Shown here piece after piece: positions 63,801 through 64,000 of a DNA stretch of 64,000 bases. Numbering within the stretch: the stretch's first letter is position 1; each line of letters starts with the position of its first letter. Location: the NCBI GenBank assembly GCA_024137785.1, contig JAHRHZ010000274.1, forward strand, positions 19,068,097 through 19,132,096. Reading direction: 5' to 3'. A program made the translations under genes and the position numbers. Below the pieces are notes generated by a model. It saw only the letters and a program-made list of their open reading frames with translations, made no database searches and was not told the DNA's origin. This stretch comes from Ginglymostoma cirratum. Taxonomy: Eukaryota.

Positions 63801-64000
63801 GTGTTCCCACCCCACACCTTCATCCTCAATAAATGCCCCAATCTCACCGACACTACCACCCACATGCAAACCTGCCTCAGGGAGGATATTTTATTTCACC
63901 CATTGACACATGATTTTCAGTACAAATAAACATGAATTTGCATGCTCTCGCTATTGTATAAACAACAAAGTGATTTGTGGCAAGGGAGAGATGTCTTGTA

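Overview
Vertebrate nuclear genomic DNA, almost certainly from a cartilaginous fish, judged by its HE1-like V-SINEs, a Deu-domain SINE and shark-type CR1 LINEs. There are four assembly gaps of Ns. I recognise no intact host protein-coding gene, rRNA, tRNA or CRISPR array; nearly all ORF-track entries are antisense or off-frame readings of transposons. The window is a mosaic of decayed mobile elements: CR1, L2-like, Tx1, Rex1/Babar and RTE LINE fragments, SINEs and Harbinger DNA-transposon relics. The most structured signal is a set of Penelope-like elements (PLEs) from at least three families, each with its own minimal hammerhead-ribozyme core in the pseudo-LTR (pLTR). They range from a near full-length 4.5 kb copy to 100-230 bp copies, several of them fold-backs. 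Seven carry 12-15 bp target-site duplications (TSDs), with inverted termini in most and junction microhomology where it can be checked. One copy has a twin-priming-type internal inversion, and two RT copies share a YIED substitution in place of YIDD. Weaker leads are a possible decayed viral fusion/Env-like frame at ~1.6-2.85 kb, a few candidate exons and a CpG-rich patch. All family assignments come from recalled motifs, not database searches, and boundaries without a TSD are approximate.
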